A DNA stretch of 32,635 nucleotides from Amoebophrya sp. A120 (Eukaryota > Protista > Dinoflagellata). The stretch is taken from the NCBI GenBank assembly GCA_905178155.1, contig CAJINV010000002.1, positions 4,610,050 to 4,642,684 of the forward strand, read 5' to 3'. The notes beneath the pieces were generated by a model that made no database searches, was not told the DNA's origin, and was given only the letters and a program-made list of their open reading frames with translations. The stretch's first letter is position 1. The number at the start of each line of letters is the position of its first letter. The translations under genes were made by a program, and so were the position numbers. Below, piece after piece: positions 9,979-22,031 of this stretch.

Positions 9979-12900
9979 CTATATCTGGATAACGATTCGC
10001 AGCAGCACCTTCAGCTCCGCAACGCGCCATGGGTCGATAATGGCACCTCGATCCCTTTCCGCGCTGGTCAGAATTGGTCGTAGTTGCGCGACGCCCTGAA
10101 GGTCGGTTGGTGCGGAAAATTCCGCATGCATTTTCGAAGAGGACTATGACAGTGCACAACTCGTCCCCATCCCCCTCATTTGCCATGCAAAATACCCAAC
10201 TCACCCTTTGCCTCTTGGCACTGTTTGCATGACAAGTAGTTCTGGCAGCCCAAATAGCACTACACTCGTGTGCAGATTTGTCATGCAAAACCGGTCCTCT
10301 TGCTGATTCTTGTCTTGCCGTTCATGCTATACAAATCAGGGGAAAGGGGAGTTGTGCAATGTCATAAGGACAAACTGTGTGCAGCCCGTTCCTTCACCTG
10401 CGCGAGCGGATCCGCGGGGAGCATAAGAAACTGCGAGTCAAGAACTTGTTGTTCTTGATTGATGGCATAAGAAGAAGAATTCTGGTTTTCATTTTCTTCA
10501 CCTCGATCTCCTCTTCCGGCCGCTTTAGATGAAATCGTGCCACCTAGAAGTGGTACCTCGTCCATTTCCGCAGCGATCAACTCCAAAGGCGGGCCCTTGT
10601 TACTGGACCTCTTGGTTTTTTCCCGGATTTTCGATGGAGAATTTTCTCGCGTTATCATGGCCTTGGACAACGGGGAGGTGGGCGGTCCTGTGGCTGTTGT
10701 GGTCGTGGTCGTGCTGGTTCTACTTTCTACTGCGCTTCTAGTATAATTTTGTTGACCATTTATTTCAATTAAGGCGGACCCGCAAGTTGTGCTTGTGTCC
10801 ACCGCCAAGGAAGAGCTAGCTCGCGCTGACGCACCTCCATGATGTGCTGCCCTCTGTCGTGCCACTGCTTGAAAATAAGTGTCTATCAACTGTAAAACTG
10901 TCTGGGTCTGGAAACTTGTGATGCTGGGTGGCGTATCATGAGAAAGCCACAAGTGCTCGCTCAGCATGGCAAGTTTCTGAGCTTCTAGGTGTTGCTTATT
11001 CTGCATGACAAACTGCGTTTCTGCATGGCAGAAAAGTGGCGCTCTTGGGTAACGTGCATGACAGATTTGAGAGTCATGCCAGACAAGCATGACAAACATG
11101 CACTCTTCCAGACCCAGACATTTTTGCATTTGATAGTGTCCAACTCAAAAATGCGAATCTGCTCCAGAGTGGCTCTCAGAACTTGCTCAGCAACAGCATA
11201 CCCATGACCCCGGTTGTTCCCTTGCATGAAGATCACAGCAGGTTTTAATATTTCAGCAGCTTCAGGAACTGCCCCCGCGCCTGCCGCAGAAAAAAATTCC
11301 TCCTCGCCGTTGACCTTGGCAGCTCCACGACGACCCAGGGCTCCGGAGCAGGAGCTCTCGCTATCTGCAAACGCCCGCATGAATCGCAGCGCGTCTAGCT
11401 CATTTCGCCGGACGGCCAGATGTATCGCAGCCCACTTGTCGTGATTTAGTTGGTTGACAGATGGCAACATTTTGTTCATTGGAGTGGCTGCTAATATCTT
11501 CGGAGATGTTGATGTCGCAGATGATCCTGTGCTGGTTTTTGCGGCGTCAGCCCCTCTGCTTCGGTGGTCCTTGGTCCCGTCGATGTTGCCTTGATGTTCC
11601 AAATCAGAAGTAGAATTACTACTACACGACCTGAGCAACAACATGCCAACGAGCCAATTCTTGTTTAAATCCCTCGCACTATTTCTGCCGAAAAACTGGG
11701 CCAGCACGTGCCACACCGTATTTCCCTTCTCGTCGGCGGTGATAAGTGCTTTTTCTGCAGCACAACTTCTGACGTAGAAGTTCTCCTGCTTGATGCTTTT
11801 ATCACCTACGGCGCTCCCGTGCAGCTGCTCAAGCAGATGTTTATCTTTATCCTCCTATCAAATGCAAAAGCGTCTGGGTCTGGAACAATGCGCGACTTGT
11901 CACGCAGCTTTTCCATGACCCATGAGGTCTGGAATGCAGGACCTAGCATGACAGATTCATCTGCGCGATCCCTCTCATGCCTATCCTGCATGAGAAACTC
12001 CCTCCCGACTTGGTCAAAACTGGCCGGCTTTTGGTGATCACGCAACACAGATTTTTGCATGCTTCAGATTTAGCATGACAAGTTGCATTCTTCCAGACCC
12101 AGACACTTTTACATTTGATACCTCCATTCGCATGACAAGTTCCAGCAAGTCCCGCACCAGTTCGACGTGAAACGCCTGCACAGCGAGGTGCAATGCTTGG
12201 GTCAGGTTGAAGTTGGATTTTGGTATTTGCGATAGACTAGTTGATGTTGAACTTGAAGTAAGGATCTTCACGGAAATCATCATCCCCCGAAGCTATCCTG
12301 TGCAAAAGTATCGTACTCGTATTGCAATCATGCATTACAAATCTGTTTCTTAAGGTAAATCCGCATTACAAATTTTATTTCTAATGCTGAGGAAATTTGT
12401 AATGCATTTATACGAGTACGATACTTTTGCACAGCATAGAAGCAGCCTTCTCCCAATCTCCGCACGGTTCGTCCGACTCGTGGCCAGGTCTTATCCCCAA
12501 AAAAAACCCATCCACATCCATTTTATGTATGACAAACACTGGATTTTATGCATGTTCTGCATGACAAATTGAATGGGGTGGATGGGTGTTTTTTCCTAGA
12601 TAGGTCTTCGCGCAAGGCTAGTTCCAGGAGCTGGGGGAAGATGTCGAATAAATGCAGGACGCTTATTTCTCGCCAGCCCGGCGAAGTTCTTGTTGTCTTG
12701 TTCCTCTTATCGACAACAACAGACGCTAGCAGGCTGGACGCGACGCCCACGTGTCCCGCTATGGATGTGTCAGAGTTGAAATCGACAAAGTTGAAATAAT
12801 TTGCCATGCATAAAACGGATGCCAGTTGGAACCCAGTCTCCAAGTGGCGCATGACAAACTTCGGCGGTCCCTAAATCCAGTTTGTCATGCTGTTTAGGCA

Positions 12901-13135
12901 AAGAAGAGCGATTTTCTCATGCTACTTTAGCAGCTCGAGCTGCAACCCCAAACAGGCTCACAATCGGCCTCACTTGCCTGCTCTGCAACACACGCACCTC
13001 GGGTCATGCATTTTATGCATTACAAATTATTTCAACTTTGACGATTTCAAACCTGACGCTTCCATACCCGCAGCGACGGCCCGTAGCAGGCACTGGTGAA
13101 CAAGCGGGGTGGACGAGTCGTCATTTGCTATAGCA
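9979..13135 (-). CDS. Ankyrin-repeat protein interrupted by 7 introner-like elements (5' end lost in or beyond the gap)
   Basis: Removing each element plus one TSD gives one continuous frame with ankyrin-like motifs CLLRAVAAG|HVGVASSLL, ALHLAVQAFHVELVRDLL, TADEKGNTVWHVLA and WAAIHLAVRRNELDALRFM. Approximate exons: 13135-13067, 12759-12603, 12491-12439, 12293-12121, 11855-11136, 10883-10367, 10144-9979 (TAG). Confidence 0.8.
10145..10366. mobile_element. Introner-like TIR element, 222 bp
   Basis: TIR TATGACAGTGCACAACTC / GAGTTGTGCAATGTCATA. TSD AGGAC at 10140-44 and 10367-71. Removal restores AHSLS|SSKMH. Confidence 0.9.
10884..11135. mobile_element. Introner-like TIR element, family B, 252 bp
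   Basis: TIR TATCAACTGTAAAACTGTCTGGGTCTGGAA / TTCCAGACCCAGACATTTTTGCATTTGATA. TSD GTGTC. Removal restores IFELDT|YFQ. Confidence 0.92.
11856..12120. mobile_element. Introner-like TIR element, family B, 265 bp
   Basis: TIR TATCAAATGCAAAAGCGTCTGGGTCTGGAA and its inverted copy. TSD CCTCC. Removal restores VMRME|DKDKHL. GT..AG is available using one TSD base at each end. Confidence 0.93.
12294..12438. mobile_element. Introner-like TIR element, family A, 145 bp
   Basis: 28-bp TIR TATCCTGTGCAAAAGTATCGTACTCGTA with one mismatch. TSD GAAGC. Removal restores GRRLL|RGMMI. Confidence 0.95.
12492..12602. mobile_element. Introner-like TIR element, 111 bp
   Basis: Imperfect TIR TATC..AAAAAACCCATCCAC / GTGGATGGGTGTTTTTTCCTAGATA. 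TSD GGTCT. Removal restores ALRED|LATSR. Confidence 0.85.
12760..13066. mobile_element. Introner-like TIR element, 307 bp
   Basis: About 55-bp imperfect TIR TATGGATGTGTCAGAGTTGAAATCGACAAAGTTGAAATAATTTG.... TSD CCCGC. It splits an ankyrin motif (RAVAAG|H). Confidence 0.93.
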
Positions 13136-13258
13136 TATCCTGTGCAAAAGTATCGTACTCGTATAAATGCAAATCTTGCATTACAAATCTTGCTCTTAAG
13201 GTAAAACTGCATTACAAATTTTATTTCTCATGCTAAGGAAATTTGTAATGCATTTATA
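13136..13258. mobile_element. Introner-like element, family A, right end missing next to the gap
   Basis: Left TIR and body match 12294 and 16753. The sequence then jumps to a duplicate of 13073-13105 and into Ns. Confidence 0.85.
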
Positions 13259-15240
13259 GCGACGGCTCGTAGCAGGCACTGGTGAACAAGCNNNNNNNNN
13301 NNNNNNNNNNNNNNNNNNNNNNNNNNNNNNNNNNNNNNNNNNNNNNNNNNNNNNNNNNNNNNNNNNNNNNNNNNNNNNNNNNNNNNNNNNNTGGTACGTG
13401 ACCACGCTCGGCGACTGGCGATATTCTCCGTCCATTCACTTCACACCAAAATCCGGCCCATGTACAGATCCCACCAACTACATGCAACTTTTCTTTGTCG
13501 CCATTCATGCATGCATCAAGTGGTATACTCCACGACGACCTATTTTTCTCAACGATAATTTGCATCGCCGCACCATTCCGTGCCGCCCGGGTTACTCAGT
13601 CGCTCTCCGCGTATAGAATAAACTGTAAATATTACACTTGCGGTCTAATCAAATAGAGTCACCTGAAAAATCCCCGTGCTAAAAAAATTGAAAGCCTAAA
13701 AGTATGCTTGCAATTGATTACGATTGTCCGATTGTACAGAGTTGTGACTATCTATTCCGCAAATATTTTACGTAGCCGCGATCGATTGATAAACGTTGAT
13801 AAAGTTCCAGAACTCCCTATAAAAAAAGTCATAATTTTTTAAACTACGATGGACTCGAAGACGTCACTGGGTGGACCGCAGGTGAAAAAACTTTCAGTAC
13901 AATCGACCCGAGTGAAAAACTGTGGCGTAGAAAAATCCAGATTCATTTTTTCATTTTTGCATCATGAACTCACTATTTGAACATAATTACTATGACGATC
14001 ACTAACTGCATTCGGATACTATGACGTTGCACGACAATCCCACCCCGATCTTAATTCCGTCTATTGTACGACAACCCCATCACGATCAAAATTTCTTCTG
14101 TCGTACGACAGTCTCCCCACGACCTGACGTATGTCGTGCACGACGATCATATGCGATCACTGTAGATCCTACATTTTTTCATATATTGGTGAGTGGCTCC
14201 AATTTTGATGCGTGAGCAACAATTTCCGGATCTATACATTTACAACATCAGCGATTGATCAGCACTTCACCCATCTCGACCTGCACGAGATCATCAGTAA
14301 CCTGTAATTCGTGCTGTTCGCGTCCTTGATTCCTCGAGGACGTCACATACGCGGCGAACAAATCTTTCCGTGTAAGTCGTGCGCGTCTCATATCATCCGT
14401 TCTAATTGCAAATTTTCGTCGTACATTTTTTGCACCGTGTGGACACTACTACAAAATTTTTTATTCACATACTGGACAGCTGTAGTCCAGTTCGGCGACA
14501 TGTCGAACCAGAAACTTCATCTTTTCCGCTTCAGAAACATAATGAGTATATCATTACAACCATCCGTGGACACTGCAAGACCCAAAAGACGTTTTTTTTG
14601 TTCACCACGTTTGCCGGCTGATTCCCGTCTCTTGATCGACCCCGTTTCCCTGTTCGCACAACGCACCGATCCCGTGATGATTTCTGTTTTTTAGTATTAG
14701 AATATCGATTTTTCCTTCGCGACGACGTGGTGCTACGTGGTCAATTCAAAATTCGCTGCAACCTACGCCGAACGTACGACACTGTAGTGCAAAAATGCTT
14801 ATTGTCTTATAAATTTCTTCATACCTGTTGTGTGCCACATCGAAGACAGACGTCGAACGCATTCTCTTTCGATCGTGATCGTTTCGTCAGCTGCCGTAGC
14901 AGTAGCTTCCACCAGTCTGCAAGCAAGCGGTGAGGAGAGACGCACAGGTTGGCATGATGTCCGTCAGTCAGTCTTCAAGCAGGTGTCGTACGCTACACGA
15001 AGTAGTCCTTCGTCGAGCACGACTCAGCACCTCGACGTCGCCACGAGGGGAAAACGAAGTACCGGCAGCGTGCACCGTCGGGCTAGAGCGAACCGCGGGC
15101 GGAGAAGAATTTTCCACAAAACTGAACCTTCTAGCGCAAGTTTGCGATTTCACACCCAGCGGGCGAAGCTATTCGATTCTCGTTTATTCCTATGGTTGGC
15201 TCTGTTCTGACCTCACCCGCAAACTGCCACGACGGACTGC

Positions 15241-18041
15241 TCACATCGCCGCCTCCCTGGGTACCGGAACTGCTGCTGCGGCGCCGCCCCCTATTGGCAT
15301 ATCGGTTAGGTTGCTTTCAGTTTTCGCTGGCTCGCCGGGACGCAGCGCGGATAGCACCATGATAAGGAACAGAAAGTACAGAAAGCCGGCCACCAACCAC
15401 ACCCCCAGGCCGCTCCAGCTACCGTACAGCAAAAACGGCCCGAAAAAGGTGAATCTGTGCTCTATCTCCTGCTTGGGTCGCCTGTTCTCGAAGTTATTCG
15501 GATCCACTATGCGGAACTTCGGCGCCGGCACCGGGGGGTTAGGGAGTAAAACCGCTTTTATGATCGACTGCCCGTTTTCGGTCGTCTCTTGTCTGGCGAA
15601 GTACTCGCCGGTCGCGAGCTGGAAGGGACCCCCGTCCGCGTTCAGCGTGAACCTTTCCCGACCTTAGATAGACATAGAGGATCACGTATTGCTGTAAAGA
15701 AATATGACGAGAATGCAGGTCTGGCAAAGCTTAACCAAGCGCTCCTGCTGACTGTTCTACTTATTGTAGGTATATGAAGACGAGCAAGTATCTTTACAAA
15801 TCAACATAGAATACCAGTCCCGCTATCTCGTGGCTTCAACGCTAATTCGCCGGTATTTACGTCCATTCCCAGGTACTTCAACTGGTCCGTGCTCTTGTCT
15901 ACCGTGAGAATGTTATACGTGTTCCCGCTCGGCGCCTTCGCGTAGTACCAAATCGGGTTCGCTGTGGCGTTCAGCCGCAAATCCAGTTGCAAGTAGTTCC
16001 CGGTCAGAGCGTTTTGTATGGACACCAACGATTCCGAGTACGTCGTGCTGGAACTGGACCCCAGCTCCACAAACACGGCGTCGTCGGAAACCGAGCGCTG
16101 CACCGTTTTCGCGACCGCGTCGGCCTGTGACCGGTAAATGTCAAAGTCGGATTTCTGCAGTTTTACCCCGTGGACCAAAAAATTGTTCAGGTCCTTGATC
16201 CATTTCTGAAAAAACCCCAGCTCGTCCACGGTCTGCAGTTTTGACACCGTGTAGCCCCTATCAACTGCAAAAATGTCTGGGTCTGGAAGAATGCGAGATC
16301 TGTCATGCAGTTCTTGCCTGACCCAGATCGTCTGGCATGCAAGCTCTAGCATCGCAGATTTTGAGCAGCTCTCCACCCAATGCCTAATCCGCATGACAAA
16401 TCCCCTCTCTCGGAAACAAGAAGTGAGGCCATTTCCTAGCCATGCATGACAGATTTTGCCATGATGTAGACTTCGCATCACAAATTCGAATTCTTCCAGA
16501 CGACCCAGACATATTTGCATTTGATAGCCCCCGAGCAGCGTGTCGCCGTCCGAGCTCCCGGTTAGCAACGAATTCGCGTCGATGCAGTCAAACCGCCCCT
16601 CGTGGTTGCAGCAATTCTTCCCCACCGCGAAAAACTGCAGCGTCGGCCGGTCGTTCTGCTGCTCCACGTTCGCGTCAACGATCGGGGCGGTGCAATAGAT
16701 GTCGTTGTTCAGTTTGTAACCTACCGTGGTGTCGTCCATCAGTCTCGTCATGTATCCTGTGCAAAAGTATCGTATTCGTTTCGTATAAATGCAAGACTTG
16801 CATTACAAATCTTGTTCTTAAGGTAAATCTGCATTGCAGATTTTATTTCTCATGCTGGGGAAATTTGTAATGCATTTATACGAGTACGATACTTGTTTTG
16901 CAATGCATATCATGGGCCCGAAGTCGATCCGCCCCGCGTCCTGAAACGCGGACGCCTCTACGGTGGGCACGACGGAGATGTAGTGCTTCCCGGTTCGGGC
17001 GGCCATGTAGGGGGATACGTTGACGTAGAAGTTGAAGATCCCGGTGGAATACGCGGTAATCAGCGTAAACACCGCGAGCACGAAAAAACTGGACAGCAGT
17101 TCATTTCGGAGGGCGGCGTGCGCGTAGAGCCCAGCGGCAAGGAGACCAAGTATGGCGAAGAGGGCGACCGTCGTGTAGAAGTAGAAAGCGACGCCTGGAT
17201 AGAATGTTTGTAAGTAGTGTTTGACAGATTGATTGCGAAAGGTGGTACTGCTTGGCTGTGTCCGGGTCCTGATGTTCAAGCAACACTACTACAAAATGCA
17301 CCATCATAAAACTCGTTCCACCTGCCTGCGCTCTGTCCACATCGACGGATGCCAGGAAACATACGGCCATAAACAGCGTGACCAGGCCGATTATGATGAT
17401 GGCCCTGTAAAGATAGTTGATTCAGCTACACCTTCAGGTTCAGACAACGGATAGTGATAGATACGGAGAGCTAGAAAAAAAGAGTTCATCCGTTTTCCAC
17501 ACGAGCCATCTATTTTCGTCTGCTAAACCCGAAACTGCAAGTACCAGTTAAGAAAAAAATTACTTGTCTTTCGCCATCAAGCCTGTTGAGTGCGTGTTCC
17601 CCCATCGCGGAAAAGAATAGTCCTTGGGAGGTGTATGAAACAGAAACAATACTGGCTGCGACTCAGTGCTCTGTTTTTAGCAAGCTGACCGAACAAGCAG
17701 AACGAGTTTGTGGTTCACATCAACTCCTACACAAGTTCTAATTTCCAATGCCGGAATTCATCCTGCACTACGACCTGCTTTGCGTGAGGATCAACAGCCA
17801 CCTCTTCACCGTACAAGCTGATCCGGCCAGCGCCAGAGGACACAATGTAGATCAGTAGAATGAATCTGCTTCCATAATCTTGATATGTGCCGGTTTTGTC
17901 GGGCCGGTCGAGTTGGAGCCAGAGGAAAAGAAAAACCAGCCATGCCCCGATGATCACCGAACACGGGATTAGCACGTAGGACGGGATTTGCAAGTGGTGG
18001 ACCGAGGGGAACAGCGGCTCGGCTAGGCGGTGGAGCACCAT
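15241..18041 (-). CDS. Multi-pass membrane protein with a Cys-containing luminal domain (alveolate-type, function unknown)
   Basis: Approximate exons: 18041-~17850 (donor unresolved, linkage inferred), 17404-17322, 17194-16910, 16752-16527, 16258-15815, 15662-15241. Several hydrophobic helices plus DAGRIDF..GYK..YCTAPI..FFAVGKNCC..FDC. Frame is continuous across two GT-AG introns and two TIR elements. Confidence 0.75.
15663..15814 (-). other. Canonical GT-AG intron
   Basis: ACTG|GTATTC...CTAAG|GTCGG joins RDSGT-G-RERFTL in frame. AT-richer, no TIR or TSD. Confidence 0.8.
16259..16526. mobile_element. Introner-like TIR element, family B, 268 bp
   Basis: TIR TATCAACTGCAAAAATGTCTGGGTC / GACCCAGACATATTTGCATTTGATA. 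TSD GCCCC. Removal restores TLLGG|YTVSK. Confidence 0.92.
16753..16909. mobile_element. Introner-like TIR element, family A, 157 bp
   Basis: Family-A TIR and body. TSD TCATG. Removal restores IDFGPM|TRLMD. Confidence 0.93.
17195..17321 (-). other. Canonical GT-AG intron
   Basis: GCAG|GTGGAA...ATCCAG|GCGTC joins DRAQA-G-VAFYFY in frame. Confidence 0.65.
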
Positions 18042-18471
18042 TTTGATTTTCGCGTCTTATTCATCAAACTCACTCGTCATCGAGTCACGAGGAAAGAGAA
18101 ACACAAACATGTAGCCGATGTCTGGATCATACAAACAGTTGTCTCAAGAAACTCATCTCCCACTGCCGCGTAGACATCAAATGGTTCACTCTGTGTCTGA
18201 GCGCTGCCCTCCTCCAGGTCTTCTTGACTTTTCACGAAGTTGCAGGCTAGGACCCCGCTAGTAAAGCACAGTGCTGGTGAGCGACTGATTTAAAATGGTT
18301 TCCGCTTGTCACTCGCATGGGCATGTGGCATCCTGCGGCACCAACACTGACTGCATGAACAACAACCTCAACAAAAGCGGCATGCTTTCTGTGGAGGTTT
18401 CCTCTAAATTAAAAATCTCGGCAGTTTCATTGCTTCTGCTTAGACTGGGTTCTGACAGACTGGTGACACCT

Positions 18472-20678
18472 TCAACTTGTTTCGCAAAACAAGCCGAGCC
18501 TTTCAATCTCTGCATGCAGCTCACACACAGCATCCTTTGATACATTTCGCACTTCAAACCATGGCAGATTTTTTCCATCACCAGTAACATCAGTAGGATC
18601 AAAAACACATTTTTCCCCGACCACCCTCCCCACCTCTTTTCGCAACGACCCCGCAACCGCAGCAGGAGGAGTTCCATCCGAACTACCAGCCGCGTGATCT
18701 GCCGCAGGAAACCCGATGACCGCCACATTGAACCTCTCTTCTAAAGGCTCACTTTCATCCGATAGAGCGGATAGTTCCTTCTTCGCAACCAGTCCCAGAA
18801 CTCGTGGCTCCTGCCCCCCTCCACTCCCGGATCTATTTCCCATCCCATTCGGCACAATCTTCGTCCCGGTTTTCGTGGCGTCGAATGTGTTCCGAAGGTG
18901 AATCGGGATTTGAAAGGAGCCTCGATCACTTCCTCTTGTCGTGGTTGACGCTGCGTAGTTTTCATCCCGCATTGTATTTCTTAAAACCGTCTCCGGGTGC
19001 AACACCTGGGCTCCATTTGACGCGAGCAGAAACAACTCGTCGTGCGACAGTTCCGTGATTTTCTTCGCGGTCGGTATCAAATTCGGGTCCGCGGTGAACA
19101 CTCCGTCAACGTCCGTCCAATTCTCGTACTCATCCACCTCCATCGCGTTCGCGAGCAGTGCCCCGGAAATGTCGCTGCCACCGCGCGGTAGCGCAAGAAT
19201 CGTGTTCGTGGTCCGGTCAACGCCGAAAAACCCAGGCAGAACCGTGATCTTCGGTGTAGTTGTTTCTGATGGGTTTGAGCCACCTCTTGACGGCAAATTC
19301 GCTCGGATTGCGTCCATGGTGTACTGGTAGTCGATTACAGTTGTTGAACTTGTTGTTCCTCGCTGGGACGACGTGGATCGCAAGTGTACCACCTCCGCGG
19401 GATCTAGAAACTCTGCCGACAAGGCTTCCGCGATCTTCCTCCCACAGAAGTACTCGCCTCGCGAGACGATGAAATCGTAGCTGGTGTCGTTGGAACGCAG
19501 CAATTCCTCGGCGATGTTGGTCCTTTTGTTCTCTTCGACGGTACAACTCGAGGACGGTCGCAGGAGCTCCATTTGATGTTGTACTGCAAACGCCTCGTCA
19601 AACCGGGCTTCAATCAGTAGGGCGAGGTTTTCCAGCTCGGTTTTGAGGTTTTCATATCCTGTGTAAAAACGTCCCCACACCATAGTTGTCATGCAAATCT
19701 GCATGCTTAAAATGTTTCTCATGCGGAGCCCCATCAAGAGGAGCAATTTCTAAATTTGTCATGCTCCAATCAGCATGAGAGACTAGATCTGTAATGCTGC
19801 TGAACTAGCTCAAACAGCACTACACTACGCGTCCAAATTTGTCATCCGAAACAGCCAAAGCTTCTGGATTTGTCTAGCCGATTCCCCATCTTGACTATGG
19901 GGTGGGTACGTTTTTACATAGGATATTTCATCATTTTTATTCATGCCTGCGGATGATCCGCCACCACCGGTTTTCAGCTTGTGAAACTGAATCAACAAGT
20001 CCGTCACTTTCGTATCTTTCGAAAACCGCTTGCCGGGAGCGGAAACCACTACTCCGGTGCGGCTTAATACGGGTGGAGGTCTTTGTGATGAAGAAGAGGA
20101 TGTTGAATATGCTCTGCAAAAGTATCGCACTCGTACTAAAACTAATTGCAATCATGCATAACAAATCTTGTTTCTTAGCCAAATCAGCATTACAAACACC
20201 ATTTTTCCTTCTGAAAAAACTTGTATTGCGATTTATTCTAGTACGATGCTTTTGCAATGCATATTGAGGCGCCCAAGACGATGTCCATCACTTTTCCAAT
20301 GCTGTCCTTCGTGGCCATACTGGTACCACCGAATTTGCAAACCGAAGTGGTCAACGTTCTGCGAAGATGCAGTTGGTTATTTTGGTACGACTGGAGGGAT
20401 GAGCAGGACTTTGCCGTGCAGAAGGGGGAGTATAACACCACAGATTGGTCGTGTGCAGAACGACCCGCAGTCGCAGCAAAACTCTGGCGTACGCATAACG
20501 CAGTACGACTCGTGAAAATGCAATCCATTGGCATTGCTGCGGGTGAAGTAGAGGGCCGACGAAACTGACGGAGCAACCGCCGACGAGGTACTACATCGGG
20601 CGGCATCTTGCTGGGATTAATGGATAAGCTATCCTTTCTATCATAACCGACACCATGTATGATGAAGAACTGCGCCAC
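18472..20678 (-). CDS. lysC: Aspartate kinase (monofunctional, Firmicutes YclM/AKIII-like motifs), interrupted by 2 introner-like elements; start uncertain
   Basis: Motifs VCKFGGTSMA, VVVSAPGKR..DTKVTDLL, SRGEY, LPGFFG, RGGSDISG, YENWTDVDGVFTADP, GAQVLHP and IPIHLRNTF..GTKI fall into one frame after removing 20108-20263 and 19655-19925. Candidate ATG at 20606. Confidence 0.93.
19655..19925. mobile_element. Introner-like TIR element, 271 bp
   Basis: 32-bp TIR TATCCTGTGTAAAAACGTCCCCACACCATAGT with 3 mismatches. TSD TTTCA. Removal restores NKNDE|NLKTE. Confidence 0.93.
20108..20263. mobile_element. Introner-like TIR element, diverged family A, 156 bp
   Basis: Family-A TIR and body. Imperfect TSD TTGAA/TTGAG. 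Removal restores VLGAS|TSSSS and joins the KFGG exon to the SAPGK exon. Confidence 0.88.
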
Positions 20679-22031
20679 GTGCTTCTGAACGACCTACCAA
20701 ATCAAAGCCAAACCAAGACGGACCAACAACTTCTGCTTTTCCGGTTTTTTGATCTTCGGTGGCCCGCCACAACGATATGGCCTAATAATTACGAATTCTC
20801 GTCCTTTCCTGCAATATATTGGGCTTGACTTTGACTTATCTTTTTTTATTTTTCTCAGTTTATCCTTATCCTTTTTCTTTTTGATTTTGAACACGAAGGA
20901 GGACATCGTTCTTACCATTACGATGACGCCGTTCCCCTGAATGTGCTACAGCATTGAGTTACAGACTCAAGATTGCCTGGAATAATAGTAATTTTCCACT
21001 TGAGTAGTTTCTGGTCCAGATGATCGAACAGATTTTGATTTCGTGTCTCGAAATAAACGCGACAGTCGGTAGCAGATCGCGCTGTCCTCGGGACCAGCAC
21101 TAGCTACTAGCACCATCATCATGTTCTTCATGTTGTTCATTCAAATCAGCTTCAGGTTCTAGAAGTAGAGGTTCGAGAGCTCTACATCTTCTTCAAGAAA
21201 AATGTACTAGTATTGGCGACAGTGGAGGCACGACTCGCTTCGACTTTGAGGCCTCGTCAAGGTCAAACGCGTACCCGCTCCACTGGCAGAATAAAATCGT
21301 ATAAAACAAAAGGATTGCACAAAGATAAAGAAAAGCTCATCATACAAAACAAATACAGAAAGTAGGGCTGCACCACGAACATGGGAATCTATTTCTTCCA
21401 AAACTAAAACGGGGTCGACTTTGACTTTCTAAATCATTATACATAGAAAGTAAAATCCCAAAGGGAAGTTTAGGTAGAGCACAGTAGCAAGGCGAACTGA
21501 GAATTGAAGCGTGCACGTCCTGTAGTGTGGGTTAAATGTTGAAGCGGACATCCTAAATGAAATTATACAAGAAGTTGATTTTGAGGGGGAGTAGCCGGGC
21601 TACGTTAGTTCGCGTGACAATCACAATCTGGAGAGCGAAGGAGAGATAATGTTAACCTTAACTTTAATTACTTAGTGCTTCGCATCGAAAACGGCTACAA
21701 CATGACAGAGTAAAACGAGGGACTTGATATGACAGGCGATCCCTTTCACACGGTCTAGTACCAACCATCAAGCGACGTTCTTCATCTTACTAGGATAAGA
21801 TCCTCCACATGTCATCAGAAAACAATAAAGGCAGAACCAACTCTGTGGGAGCAGTGAGTAGAAAAAATTTCTTCCGTTTTCACCAGGAGTATTCGTGCAG
21901 CTCCGGCGTCTGTGAGCATCGATTCCCGCGGGGTCGCGCATCGGGGATGAAATCGCGCCGTTCTTGTCCGCATTATATTTTGTCCGGGATGAAGAAGAAC
22001 ACGACCCTCCTTCGTTTCGCGCTTTTTCGTA

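Noticed and set aside
13259-13291. Apparent exon duplication or capture by a family-A element
   Set aside because: A 33-bp near-copy of 13073-13105 right at a gap edge is most simply an assembly or haplotype artefact.
14930-15667. 245-aa plus-strand ORF (also 31443-32405, 22798-23373, 28336-28875)
   Set aside because: Largely antisense shadows of GC-rich minus-strand exons, or read-through into satellite.
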